Source: Bugula neritina (lineage: Eukaryota > Animalia > Bryozoa). Taken from it: 64,000 nt of DNA. Every line of letters starts with the position of its first letter. Position 1 is the first letter of the stretch. The translations under genes and the position numbers were made by a program. The notes under the pieces were generated by a model that saw only the letters and a list, made by a program, of their open reading frames with translations, ran no database searches and had not been told where the DNA came from. Below are positions 43,179-56,900 of this stretch, one piece after another. The stretch lies in assembly GCA_964035545.1 (NCBI GenBank), contig OZ037766.1, forward strand, positions 7,492,722 through 7,556,721, given 5' to 3'.

Positions 43179-45548
43179 TCATATCCGATCTAATGCTTCC
43201 ATCAACACTATGCTATTGCCTCGAACCACCTACAATCCAAACAAAAAAACTAGAGTAAATATAAAAGTGGTTTATATTGCTTGTGCCATTGTATTCAGAT
43301 GCATTACATTGGCTGTAAATTAATATTACCAGCTTACCACCATTCCGATACTATGCCTGTCACCAGTTTTTGTTTCCTCTACGGATTCATCAACTACCAG
43401 GTTCATGAAAGGATCAAATCCACGCAGGACACCAATTACAGATCTACCACCATTGAGTTTCACTATAACATTGACAACCGATTATACAGAGACAACTGAA
43501 AGCATTTTAGATTAAAGTCGAGCAGATAGGGTTACTTGTGAGAGAATTTCCAATTTGAGAGTTGCTTTTTTTCTGTACACAACATAAAATTTTTGATAAT
43601 AATTTGAACTCTATCAACAAGTGTAATACAAATGGTATTTATTTGTCTGTTGATAAATAAATGGGCCATTGCAAATATAATTTTACAGGGTATAAATGCA
43701 GGGAAAGTAATGCAGTTCAACTGGAAGGTGACAACTTCATTAAAAATGGAGTGAATTCAACAGCATAATTATGGTGAACCTAAGTAGTTGGACATTCAAC
43801 ATCTTTGATGCAATGTGCAAATTAAATAACTGCAGGTTCAACTAAGACCTAAGTCGACAAACCTTAGCTTGAAAAGTGAAACCAATAATGCATAATTTTT
43901 GAACTATTACATTAAAAAAGGAAACCATAATACTTACAGTGTAGTCGTTTGTCCATGTACCTAAAAAGAAAAGCACAATTATTCTGGTCAGCTAAATAGT
44001 ACGTTCTTGGTTACCATTTGCATGTATATGTGGCACAACACAACATTTAAAAACAAGCATATGCAATCTGTGGGACGATATTGGGTATTTGCCATTAACT
44101 CAACTGGGCTACAACTTCTCACACTGCTAACCAAACTAATGCTGTGACCTGAATACTGAATGGAATTCATTAGATGAATCGCAATGATGATAATGGGCTT
44201 CTACAGAATCATTACAATGAAAATTCAGAATTCATAAATTTTCGACTTGAATAAAATATCCATGATAGTAAGATGTGATCACAAAGGTAAGTATTAACAT
44301 AGCAATACTATATCCATCAACATTGTAGTACTAGTTGTCTTTTGTAACTGTGAATGTCAGCTGGCCATTGTGATTGCAAAAACTTCAAACTGCAATTAAT
44401 AGTAAGCCTAGGGCGTATTTTCGCATGCTAAAATTAAAATCACAAGTAGCAAAGGTGTCCACTGTAGCGTCAGTGATGCGTGATAAATAAAGCTTTCATT
44501 TTTAAATCGCACTCGTTTTCAATAAAACGCAATTTACTGGAATATAGCACTAAATAAAGAAATTGGGCTGCTGAATAGCTGCCAGCCAATTAGGTGACGA
44601 CGACAGAGACGATTCGCACTTGCGTTGAAAATGCAGAGCGACAAGTGCGAAGGTTTTCTCAACGCCTTTGCTGCTTGTGATTTCAATTTTCGCATGCGAA
44701 AATACGCACCGTGTGGCCCTAGGCTAAGCCTTTGATTAGTCAAACCTAAATTTAGTTAAACTGTCATTGCCAGTGTTACCAAGCTCAAAATATTACTAAG
44801 CAATGGTGATAGAGAACTTGAACTTGCCAAATTGCCATAAATATAAGACTAAGTAATTAATAAACTTGAACTATGAATAAAATTTTAGTTTTAACTTCGA
44901 GTAAAGTAATACTATAACTAATAGTATTATTGTTATTACTAAACTTGGTTATTACTTATTAGTATTACATTTAGCTTTACTATAGTATAAGTATAAGATT
45001 AAGTATAACCTATAATAAGTATTATTATACCTAAGGCTAAGGTAAGGGCTAAGGCTATTGAATTTAGTATTAGTATTACTCAATACTATTACTATTAGTA
45101 ATGGTATACTACAACACTAACTTCAAGTTTAACATCTACTGGCATTGATAATCATAATCATAATGATTATGATATTCAAATTTCATATTCACATTGATAT
45201 TGATAAGATTTTCATTTTGATACATTTTGATTTATAAGTTAATTTATTTACTTTTAGCAGTATTACTATTACCGCCAAATAACCATCAATAACACAATTA
45301 AACACGTTCAATTTAAATCATTGATTTGAAAACTCTTTATAATATTAATTTAAATTATAGTATAAAATAACAAGTACGACTCCTTGAAGTTAAACCAACT
45401 TGAAGTGGATGCTAATAACTAACGACTATGAGTAAAGGGTCACATAGTGATGAAGAAATGAAACCGAGCTCTTAAACCAACAAACACAAGCATCATAAAC
45501 TCTTTGTTTTACTCACTTTTTTAATTCAGGTGGATGTGTTTTGCTCAT
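43179..45548 (-). CDS. SNRPG: Small nuclear ribonucleoprotein G (SmG), 76 aa
   Basis: Exons 45548-45517, 43960-43938, 43462-43338 and 43229-43179. Sequence: [44 protein letters not shown]...[20 protein letters not shown]. Confidence 0.98.
44406..44724. mobile_element. PIF/Harbinger (Tourist-like) MITE in SNRPG intron 1
   Basis: TAA TSD. TIR of ~55-65 bp, GCCTAGGGC...GTATTTTCGCATGC.AAAATT.AAATCACAAG.AGCAAAGG, with a ~10-bp deletion in the left TIR. Confidence 0.85.
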
Positions 45549-47917
45549 TGTGAATTATTTAGATCTAATATTCAATCTTGTATTTTCCGCAAAGCCTTCT
45601 AATTCAAGTCCTATAACGATTTTATACAAAATTTGACATAAGTGCGACCTTGGAATCGCTACTTCTTGCTTTCACAATAACCCGAGTTCTTACATTAAGC
45701 TGCCGCTAATCAATTATTTGATGCCGATCGCATCTTCTTGTTTAGGTTTTGCCATGGCTATTATAATTATAGAGTGTCTAACAATTATTCACTGGTACTC
45801 TCAAAGACTATGACTTGAAGACTAAACAGCTACTTTGTATTGCAAATATGACGCATCTGGCTGAATTAGTTTTTAGTTTTTAACTTTTGTGCATGATCAT
45901 TGCTCATATCAATTAAATTTAATATTATTATATATTCAATTTTATACTTATACTTAGTCTTACAGACTTTGACTGCTCTATCACTATCAGTATCACTATG
46001 ACTATCACTACCAGTACAAGTGTGAGTATCAGTCTATAGACTAGTCACTATCAATATTACTACTATTATTACTCATTACATTTACTGTAAGTATAGTGAT
46101 AGAGTGTCAGTATGAGCATAGCATTAAGTTTAATTATAGTGTACAATAATAAGTATAACTATTAATATTATTAATATTATGAAAATCAAAGTGTTCTAAC
46201 TTCTATTTCTAAACATTTACTTTTAGTAAATCATTTAGTATAGCATTATGATTATGATTATGATATTGATTGTTTCGATTTCAATATTTATAATTATATT
46301 TATATTAAATAATACGAAGTAAAAATAAAAGCTATATGAAATGATAAAACTAAATAATCATATTTAAATAAAATTCTCGATAAATCAAAATGTGAATTAG
46401 TTTTAAGTGCATATAACACTAACTGTAAGGCTTGTACTTATATTTATACTATGACTATCACTATGAGTATGAGTCTGATTATTTCAATTTGTATTACGAT
46501 ACCATCAAATAGCATTATGTTTATGCTTTATGCTATACTTATAGTTGGTTTTGCTTTGTGAGGTTGTCTATAAATATAAATTTATAAGTTAGCAAAATTA
46601 AATGAAATTATAAATCTAGACTGTGTGATGATAACAATAATGATTAATATGGTGATATGTTCAATATTGCCAATACTTATTAGTTATTTTATACAATTAA
46701 GTTCTTTGATTTTTTTTATTGTTTCATATAAAGTATGCAGTGAAAAAACTTGACTACATATACTAATAGTATTGTTTTAAACTAATAAGTACCTATGTAG
46801 TAAACTTGTGGGTTATGATAAAATAGATTAAGCAGTCTGCATGCCTTATACTATGTTGATCAATTCTTCTATTGATGCGTTTTGGTCGAGCTATATGCAA
46901 TTTTGATTTTAGTTTAAGAATTAAAATCTGTCTTAAACTTAAAGAAATTTAAAGTATTTATGTTACTGGATAAGTTTTAAAACTTATGCTTTGGGGTAAT
47001 GTCTGCTTTAACACGTAGGCCTACAAGATTTTTTACTATTTATTGTAAACTACCTAAAGGGTAGTTTGTAGCAATTCATAATAAAAGCAGGCATTCTGTC
47101 ATGATTCAACTCATACTTGCACACTTTACTACTTGAGACCATCATAAACTTGAAACACTCTGACCGATCCTGTTCTATTAGGACCCTTCTGAAATGGCCT
47201 TCATTTCTCTCAAGACTCTACTTACACGCAAACGCTAACACACTAACAGTAATTTTTGTTTAATTAGCTATTATAGTTATTCTTTTTATCCATTTCAAAT
47301 TTAGCAAGTGTCATTTACAATGGCATTTATTGAATAATATACTAAATGAATTATATTAGTTATTAATTTATTTAGACCAATTGCACAATTCTGCATGCTA
47401 TAACTAATATTTTTATATTGCATTAATAAAAAAAATTATGTATTATATCCAGTCAACAAAAAAACCTTCAATATTTTAAATGATAAATGGTAACATTTAA
47501 TGGTTACCCACAAACTAAATGTTTTAAAAACTTCTTAGTAAAAATAGTTGCAAATATTTGCAGATGCCCTTACTCAAAAACTGTGATATTTAGTGAATTT
47601 TTACATGTGCAAGTTGCCTGTAGCATTGAATTATATTCAAAATATCTCGCCTTTTTATTGCAATAAAATTTAGCATTAAGCGTGGTTTGAAACTAAGCAA
47701 CTACCCATGATGTAGAAATTACAATCTCTTGCTGTTTTGCTAGCATCTCAAGTTACTGTTGCCTTTTTAGAAGTAATTAGTACTCTATTACCCATGCCTT
47801 GTTAGGTCTGCTCTATTATACTCATTGTGACTAATTTTAAGCTTTGTAAGTTGGTTGTTTTTATATCAAAATGTTTGCCTATTCAACGTATTATTAAACT
47901 GCTGTCGCTGATCAAAA

Positions 47918-50900
47918 ATGGTTGTCAAATTAAAGCGTAGGTGAGTGCTGTGAAAAATAGTAGTTAGCTATTGAGTTTTTTATTAATATTTCTGGACTTG
48001 TGTATAGTAGTGTGAATATATAATAGCGTTAGCATTTCTTATTTATTTATTTTTACACATTATGTTTTTTGACAATCTGAACTTTAGCAACTCCTGTAAT
48101 ATTTTCATTCAATCTAACAAAAATGTATGAACATTTTAAACTTCTTAACATAAATCTGTGTGTTTTAGGCAAGCTGGAGCCGGCAATAATTCATCTACGG
48201 GTGCTCAAAAGGCTTCTACAGCTGGCAAAACTAAGGATACCAGAATGTCAAAATACAAAGGAAGTCAACCATTACTATCCGCCATCAATGAAAGAGATGA
48301 ATACACGACCATACATGTGAGTGTTTTCTATAGTCACTGCTAGGCAACAGTCATGATGATTTGAAACTTGTATCTTGCAAAGTTATTGAAAATTCGTTAA
48401 AAGTTGGACATGAAATATCTACTTCTTGGCTTATGGCATTTCTAGTTGTTTTGGTGTTAAAAAGTCCCTATTGTTTCTGCCATATCAGTACTATTATAGT
48501 TTGTCTACAGTAGAGAACTTTAAATTTTTGAAATACTTCACTTGCAAAAATGCTAGAATATTTTTGTAGTATACCACTGATTAATATACTTTGTCATTAT
48601 GCCAGTCAGCATTCTTTAATAGCTTTGTGTTGTAGCAAAACAGTCAAAAATGTCACCTAAAAGCACTTTCATCTCTATATTTACATTTGAAACTAATATT
48701 TTGTGCATTTCTTGAGACTATTTATAAACTTTTAATAAGCATATGGAAACAAAATATATGTTTTGTATTGTCACTGGCCAGTTGTTGACTATAGAGCTGT
48801 TAGATGTGAGAGACATGGCACTATTCCCCTGTAGTTTATGTATGCCTCTTAACAGTTTTGAATGTTATTACAGCAAAACTAGAATAAACTATATTTCAAT
48901 AGAATTGATCACCCTTGAATGGAAAGAATTCATATCTAACTGCATCAAAGAATGCTGTAGTTTGCTACGTATTTTATGCTTAAAACAATGAACAATCAAT
49001 TACAATCAATTTCTAACTGGCATTTAACTAAATGCTTTCCGTGATTAAGTGCAAGTCACATTTATTTTTAACTTGTTGTTTTGCTGCAGGATGTACTAAA
49101 TAGCAGAAGTAGTTATCTGAAGCAAGAGGAGTTGTGGGCCATCTGCAGGGAATGCTGCCTCACGATTAAGCGAATTGGGGATTCAGCAGACAGTGTTCAG
49201 AGTCTCAGTATCATGTTGGAGACTTTAGCTTTTGATGCAGTTGGACATGTGCACTTTACAGACCATGACTCTGGTGAGTGGATATTTTATAGCACAATGT
49301 AACATGTATTAGTAGCAGAAATATTAGCATCAGATATAAAGGAGTCATAAGTTACATGTATTTAGACCATTTGAATGTAATGTAGATGCTATAAGTTTAC
49401 TGACTAAAGGAGCTTTAATATTTTCTATCGCTTATTCATAGTTTGTTTTGAAACTAGACTAAAGTATAATGAATATTAAATATTAAATTTTGAATTATTT
49501 TGCAGCTATTTTGTTATACTATGTTTGCATTGCATGTGTTGTGTATAAAACTTTTGCCCCCACTGGGATTTGAACTGGAGACCCCCCTTCGGCTTACAAA
49601 CAGGTGTGCTACCATTACACCACAGGGGCTACTGGGTAAACACAACACTACATTGTGACATTTTGTAAATTGTAGAAGTTGCTTCTCACTACATTCCTCC
49701 TGAATATGAAAAAATTGGCAATTCATGTAAAGGCCATGTTTACTCTCTTGGTATGCTGATATATGAAGCCTCTGCTTACAACTGTGACTCTTCTAAAATA
49801 CCGGAACATTCTATTAGACTGCGTAAACTCCTTTACAGGTACTTCCATTGTGTCGCTTTCCGTTTGTAAACATTTTAGAGGAAAACAGTGCTGTTGGTGC
49901 TCTTTTTTTACCCATTTGCCTTTTAAAATTTGTTTTAGACCCAACTTACTTTAGCATTAACCAGCATGCAAAATATATTTTTATCACTTTTCGTAAGCTT
50001 CAAGATATAATTAGTTGTTGATATGCTTAGACAAAAGAAAGCCCCTCCTTAAACTTCTGTAAGGTATTGGTATAAATGTTTTATGCTGTCCCAATTTCTG
50101 TTAATACCTTTCATAATAATGTAGGTCAAATGCTCTAGTTGTGCATTGCATTGCATCAGACAATTTTTAGCATGTACTAGAATTTTTATTAACAATATAA
50201 CTTCCTACATGCATGTAGCTTGTATCTTCACTCTGATGTATTGCAGTATGGTAAACAATGACTATGGTGAAAGAGTGAGTTTAGACTCAGTTATATCAGA
50301 GTGTGATCAGTATTTCCTGTCAGCTGGTGTTGGCTCCTCCCATGACATATGCAAGCACTTGATCTCATCTGTCATTGAAAATGTCGAGACAAACTCTACT
50401 AATGGTGACACTTCTTATCAAGGTACACCTCTGCTATTTTTAACTAACACTTCTTGTAGATGGTAAACACATAGTAAATTATCGCTAGCTATTCCTAAAT
50501 ATTACTTGCATTGGAGAGCTTTCTTTCTGTTATAGTACAAAGCCAAACTTGTAATTTGCAGTACCCTACAAAGTTGAAAGTCATCAACAAAAAAGCTATA
50601 TAAGTATTGCTAACTTTTGTATGTTTTATAAGTTTCATGTACATGTTTTTTGAAAGAAACTATAAAAAGTTTATTAAAGAGTTCTAACCAAGCTCAAGTT
50701 GACATTTCTATATAACTTAAAGTCTAATTCTTTTACAATTTGTTGGTCGGATTTTAGTATTTGCTCTTTTTAAATATAAAATATCATTTTCAAGCTTCCT
50801 GTTAAATTATTGTTTAAATGTTTGCTGACTCAGGAATTGAGATGAATGTGGATGGTGATTCCCCAGTGAATGACAGTAAGCATTCTACTCCACCTCCTAG

Positions 50901-53900
50901 CAACCCCTCATTGAGATCCATGAGTGTGGAGGACCTTGTGGAGAAGTATACTCCAAGTAGACTGAAGGTCAGCTACTTGTCTATTATGTTATATTATAAA
51001 CTAGTCAATCCGATACATTGTATGCTTGCCAAACTTATTACAGGGATTTCAATTGCAACCCCCCCCCCCCACACTGCTGAGAATTGTGTCTCACAAGGTA
51101 TCACTATAGATGAAATAATTTTTATCACAAATTTATAGCCTAATTTTTTACTTGCATATATATATACATTATATACATGCAAAAGGGTACTATATAATAT
51201 TTTATAATTTAGTCATGGTAATTTATACCAAAAAAATATTCATCATAATTTTTTATATTTGGTTGTTACCTGGAATTGTATACTCCTGTTACACAAAATT
51301 CGCAATGACAGTTTCCTGCAAAATAGAACCTTTGTTTTTACAGTTGTAACTTTTAATAAGTTTTTCTAGTGGCTCCTTATGGTTACAGCTTTTATCTGTG
51401 TCAATTAGGGTAAAAATTGTAATTATTTTTTGCATTAATAGTTGTTTAAAAGGATGTAGATATACCACTTGCATGGTGCATAGATTCTTTTTCAAAACAG
51501 ATTCGCAATGTAATAGCATTATAACCTAGGAAATAGCAATGATAATTTTATAGTCTGGTATTGAAATGAAATGTTTATATGCACATTTTATTTAGACTGT
51601 AGTTGAACAATATTCTGAACACAAATCTAACAATAACAACGGCAGCAATCTGGGATATTCATTTACAGCTGCCTCATGGTGCTTAGGCAGCGACAATAGA
51701 GTGGTAAAACATGCTACATTCATTGGCTAATTTACATTTTCATTGACAGCTATTTTGTTGTATTAATGTGTATTGTTTATAGATGGTGATAAGGCTTTTA
51801 ATAACTTTGGCATAAATAACAGTAACATTAGCTTTGGTTTAAAACTGGTCTCGTAATTTAAGACCACTTTTTGTGTTGGTTGGAATATGTAAATTTGATG
51901 TTTTGCTTTTCAAGTGATTGTACCTTATATTTATAGTTATTCCTGTTCTAACTAGCTTTGCTAAAACGTTGTGCTTTAATAAGTATTGAGTTGCGTTTAT
52001 ACCTTTACTATTTATTTATATCTGGACTAACAGAGTAACAAATTTGACAGCGAGTCAAGCTAAGTAAATATTTGCATTTTTCTGCTTTCTGTACATCTAG
52101 CGAGTTGCATATTTACATTCGTAGTAGTTTTCCTGTAATTTTAACGTTTTTCAGTAGAACTATAATAAAGGGGTACCCAAACAAGTGTTATTAACTGAAA
52201 CTCGGTACTTTTTTCAGTAGAGGTATAAACGCAGCTTTACTATGAGAGTTAATGTTTGTGGCAAAATGCAGCATTATCACTTCTATACAAATTGTAAAAG
52301 GCAATCCTGACTCCTAATTTTTCTGCATCCTAAAAAGCATTATTGATTCTGGAATATAGTTTATACTTACTTATTGCATTCGTTAGACATTTATGTTATA
52401 AAATCTATTTTTATAATACACTAACCTTTATGTGTGGTGAATCTTCAGCTTTTTTGGGGTTTCAAAAAATGCTACTCATCGAGGATTTTTTTACAAATTT
52501 TGTGGCTGATAAATTCATATATATTCTGTTCGTACATTTGATATCTAATACTATCTATTCTGGCATTTTAAAATTTCTCTTTGATTGTTTACATATGCAG
52601 CATTGATGTTATAACTAGAGGTGGTTGCTTGGTATGCGCAGTAGAAATGATGTGTTTTTATGATAACTAATTACTTGTAGGAAGAAAGCCAATCAGCAGG
52701 TGGTAGCAGCAGCTCTGTATTGTCTCCTCCATCAGATTTTGACGCCAAGTCTGATAAACCCACCATGAAATCTGTAGATAAGGAAATCAGAAAGTCTAAC
52801 AGTGCATTCTTGTCTCAACAACATCGAAAGAGGTTTGTCAAATTTTCTAGCTGAGCTTTAAAACCTCACACTTATTGCGAAGTAGTATTTTATTCAAACC
52901 ATAGTATGATACCAATCTATACAGTGCTCCAGCTGCATCTCAAGGAGCTAGTTCTTTTGAAATTCCATAGGTCACAAAAAGGGTTTGGGTCCCTGTTTTG
53001 TTGCTTGTATATGTGTGTTTAAGGACAAAATCTGGTATTCCATTCTGTCACAAATTGAGGTTTTGGGACCCTCAGCTTAGTGAGATACAGAGGGAGCACC
53101 GTATTCTATTGAAATAATTAAACCATCATACTTATGTCATTCTGTAAGACCTTCAGAGGTAAACAGTTTGACTTAATGTAGAAGTAGAAAGTTCAGGACT
53201 AGTACTGCAGGTATGGAGATTGGTAAATGTGTCTGTAAATATATCTGCTGTGGTTGTAGTGATACTGAAAATGAGATGGAAGATGGGTAAGAAAGAGCCA
53301 CTTGCGTCTGCATACAGGCAGTTCTTTTTATGTCCGTGTTTTGTGTTGAGGTGTCAGTTTTAACAGAGTTCTGCTTTCTAATCATAATCTAATATATGGG
53401 TGTGTAAAGCACAACTAACATTACAAGGGTGTGGGGTATCAATACATTGTCACATGCAGTAGTGGGTTTTAGAGTGGGATATTATCTTATCCCCCCCTAA
53501 CCAGAACCAACTTGTTATTTACACTTAGTCTTTACGCTGTGATATAACTACAGAACTCACCCTACTGAGCATTGCTTTATTGAGATTCCAGTGTGTTGCA
53601 TTATGAAGTTCTTGGAAACTCCTTTAGTACAATAAAGAATGTGACAATATAGCAATATGATAGATTAGTGATTAGCTGGAGTAATTTTTCAAATTTCTTC
53701 CTAATTTGCACGCTCTGGTCATATAGTGTATTATTAGCTAGCCACTCTGCTTAGCAAAGTTTTAAAGTGATTTGAAGAATATTTAGATCTTAGGATACAA
53801 TGACCAGATTAGTATGGCGTCACCTGATATTAGTAATACTATTTTTAAATAGGCTTGAACATGTGCTCTTTTCTTGCATAATATCAAGTGCTTTGTTGCT

Positions 53901-56900
53901 TTCAAAATCTTGAGAATATAACTATCATATTTTTATAATTATTAATCCACACATTATTTGAAAGTTCTCCCAACTTTTCACATCCTAATAAAGGTTTTGT
54001 TTCTTTTGGAGCAGAGAGGTTGGTGAAGGGGCGACACTCAGAGCAGGTCAAGTTCCCTTGAAGTTACCTGAAGCCTACCACTCTTCTGCTACCCATTTTT
54101 CTCCCATAGTAATAGCCAGCCATGACACCAACACACCAGCACAACCCTCAAACCCACCGTCCACAGCCTCTAAAGCAGATAGAACTATAAAAGAATTAAA
54201 GAAACAATTGCTAAAATCTCACAACGTTCAAGACTCGTCACCTAAAATCTCTCCTCGCCAGTCGTTGTCACTCAGTGAGAATAACTCCAAACAATCAAAA
54301 CTAGAGACACAAGCCATTCCTCCAAGACTAGTATCGGATGTTAAATCTCGCAAACCATCAGCCGCACCTGTCACCCAGGCTGTCCGACCGCTACTTCGGC
54401 AGTCGGTTACTAAAGCTAGTGAAGATACTTCAGTAGCTTCGGCACTATCATCTGCTCATAATCTATACAACTCAGGGATTTCTGTTGATGCCCCAATGTC
54501 TATCTTACCTTCAGCTGTGAGTTCTCAGTCTACCTCAGGTCTAGACCCTCCACTTCGGTCTGTGGATCTAACGCAAGCATCGCCTACTGCTGCTTCTATT
54601 TCACACGCCCACACTGTAGTTGTGAATAACTCAGCCATGACATCTTCACCTTTGATTTCCTCATACTCTACTGTACCTGTGATGATTCCGAGAGATGCAG
54701 CGGCAGCAGGTGCTGTCGGCTGGCTTCCTGTTATGACGAATATGCCGTATTGGACTCCACTCCCTCCTCAACAGGCAGCAGCTGCCGTCAGCTCTGTGCC
54801 AACTATAAGCACACCTCCGAATATTCAACGAGATGCTGCTGTTGTTCCAGTTAGTGCTACGAACAGAGCTGCTGTATCACACACTGCAGACGTACCTAAT
54901 ACTCATGATGCGAGTTTCAGCTCTACAACCCTCCACTCAGCTAATACCACCCAACCTCAGGAGCTCACTGATCATGCGCCCACCAGTAGTGTTGAATCTA
55001 ATAGCCTGAGCACCTCGTGTAACACAGTGACCGGCGCAGGTAGTGCTGGAGCACCTGTGCCACAGACTAGCCTCACCTCTTCTACAAAAGCAACTATCAT
55101 TGAGCAGACAATTACAAGGCAGCCCAAGAGTCCGGAAAGTAAAACTGAAGAGGCTAATAATAAGCGAAAAGAGAAAAAGCAACATACAAGTAGCAAGGGT
55201 AATTAATTACACCATTTTTTATTTATCACTTTCTGTTGTTTCACTCATGTGTATTGTAACTAACTCTATACATAATAATAGTAACCTGCTGTCAAATTAT
55301 TTAGTTTGTTAGAATGCATGCCAGTTTTTATTTTGATTGCAATTTGTATGACAATTAGCACATTATAACCATATAATGGGTCTATGCTACTGCATTATTA
55401 ATATCATGTGCAGTATTTGTTCAGGAATCTGTCTTGTTATTTACTACAAACTGTGTATTAAGGTTATTCAAAACATCAACAATAATGCTGTGGTTACACT
55501 CTTTCATCCATGTTGGCAAGTCTTATACATGTGCTGTGTAAATGGGTTAGTCTTAGGATAGGTTTATTTTATATCTGATTATGACTACAGGCTCTAAATC
55601 TAAAGATCCTTCAAGAAAGAAAGACCCTCAGCAGCTGCTCATGTTGACGAAGATAAGACAACTTCTAAAAAATGAGTTTGCTTTTGATGGTTACATGAAC
55701 CATGGACAAGAGGATCTGGATATGGGTAAGTGTGTAACTGTAGAAGTGTGTATTTTCAAATGCATAACAAGACCGATCGAGAAGCTTTGCAATAGGCAAT
55801 GCGACTATTTCCTTTTCTTTGCAATCAAAAATAATTATTTTTTATGTTTAACTCTTCATTTGTAACAAGTAAATGAACACAAGTTTTGTAACTTCACAAT
55901 GCTTTTGTTAGCAGTTTTGTTGCTTAGTGTAAAAGAGTGTTACTTGTTTGACAATGCTATCTCAATGGCATATAGTACAAATGTTAACATCTTATCTTAT
56001 GTCAACATTTGATAATGGCCATTTCAATGCAATCCTCTTGTATCAACAAGATAGGTGTTAAAATGATAAGCAATAACAATAGATGAAAAAATTGGTATCT
56101 TGGCCCAATTTTTATAAGTGGAAATACTCATTATAAGACTAAACAAATGGTGAGATTCCATACCAGAAGTTATTATTAAAATTGTGTTTTGAAGTGAGTA
56201 TTGGCCAATTTGGACCAACACCTGTTATTTTGACCAGTAAATCATTAGGCTTCTTGCAATAAATACAACACTTTTTTAATAAACTTATTCTTAGCTATAT
56301 AGAAAGACAATATAATAGAAAAATAGAAATGTAGAAATAATATAAATTTGCCTAAAAATTATGATAAAAATGTTTTGAACTTTAAAAAATTATAATTTAT
56401 ATTATAAAAAAAATTTCCAAATAGATCCATTTTAAAAAGTTAATCAATACTATACAACTAGTACAACAGTGAATTTCAAATCTTGGGTTTATGACCTTTA
56501 AGTTTTCAATGTTTTAAAAATAATTTGATAATCGCATATAAAATCATTAAATCAATACTGTTAGGCTACCTCTTCTTCGTCAAATTCAATATTTCTAGTT
56601 TCTTGTGAACCCACTGGGTACAACTCATCATAAAGTGTCTTAGAGCTTACTCGCTCCTTCGCATCTGGTCTCAGGCATCTCACTACTACCGAAATATAAT
56701 AACTTAGTCCTTCAATCTCTGAGTTTCTATCAATATAAGAATGCAACTCAGGAATTGATGTTCTTTTCGCTTCTTCGTTTAACTTTGAAAGTTCTGTTAT
56801 TGTTACTGCTTTTGGACAAATCAACTCGTAAACCAGTAAGCCAAATGACCACATATCAAACTTTTCTGTCAGAATGTCTTCAGGTGCATGATTGTATGGA

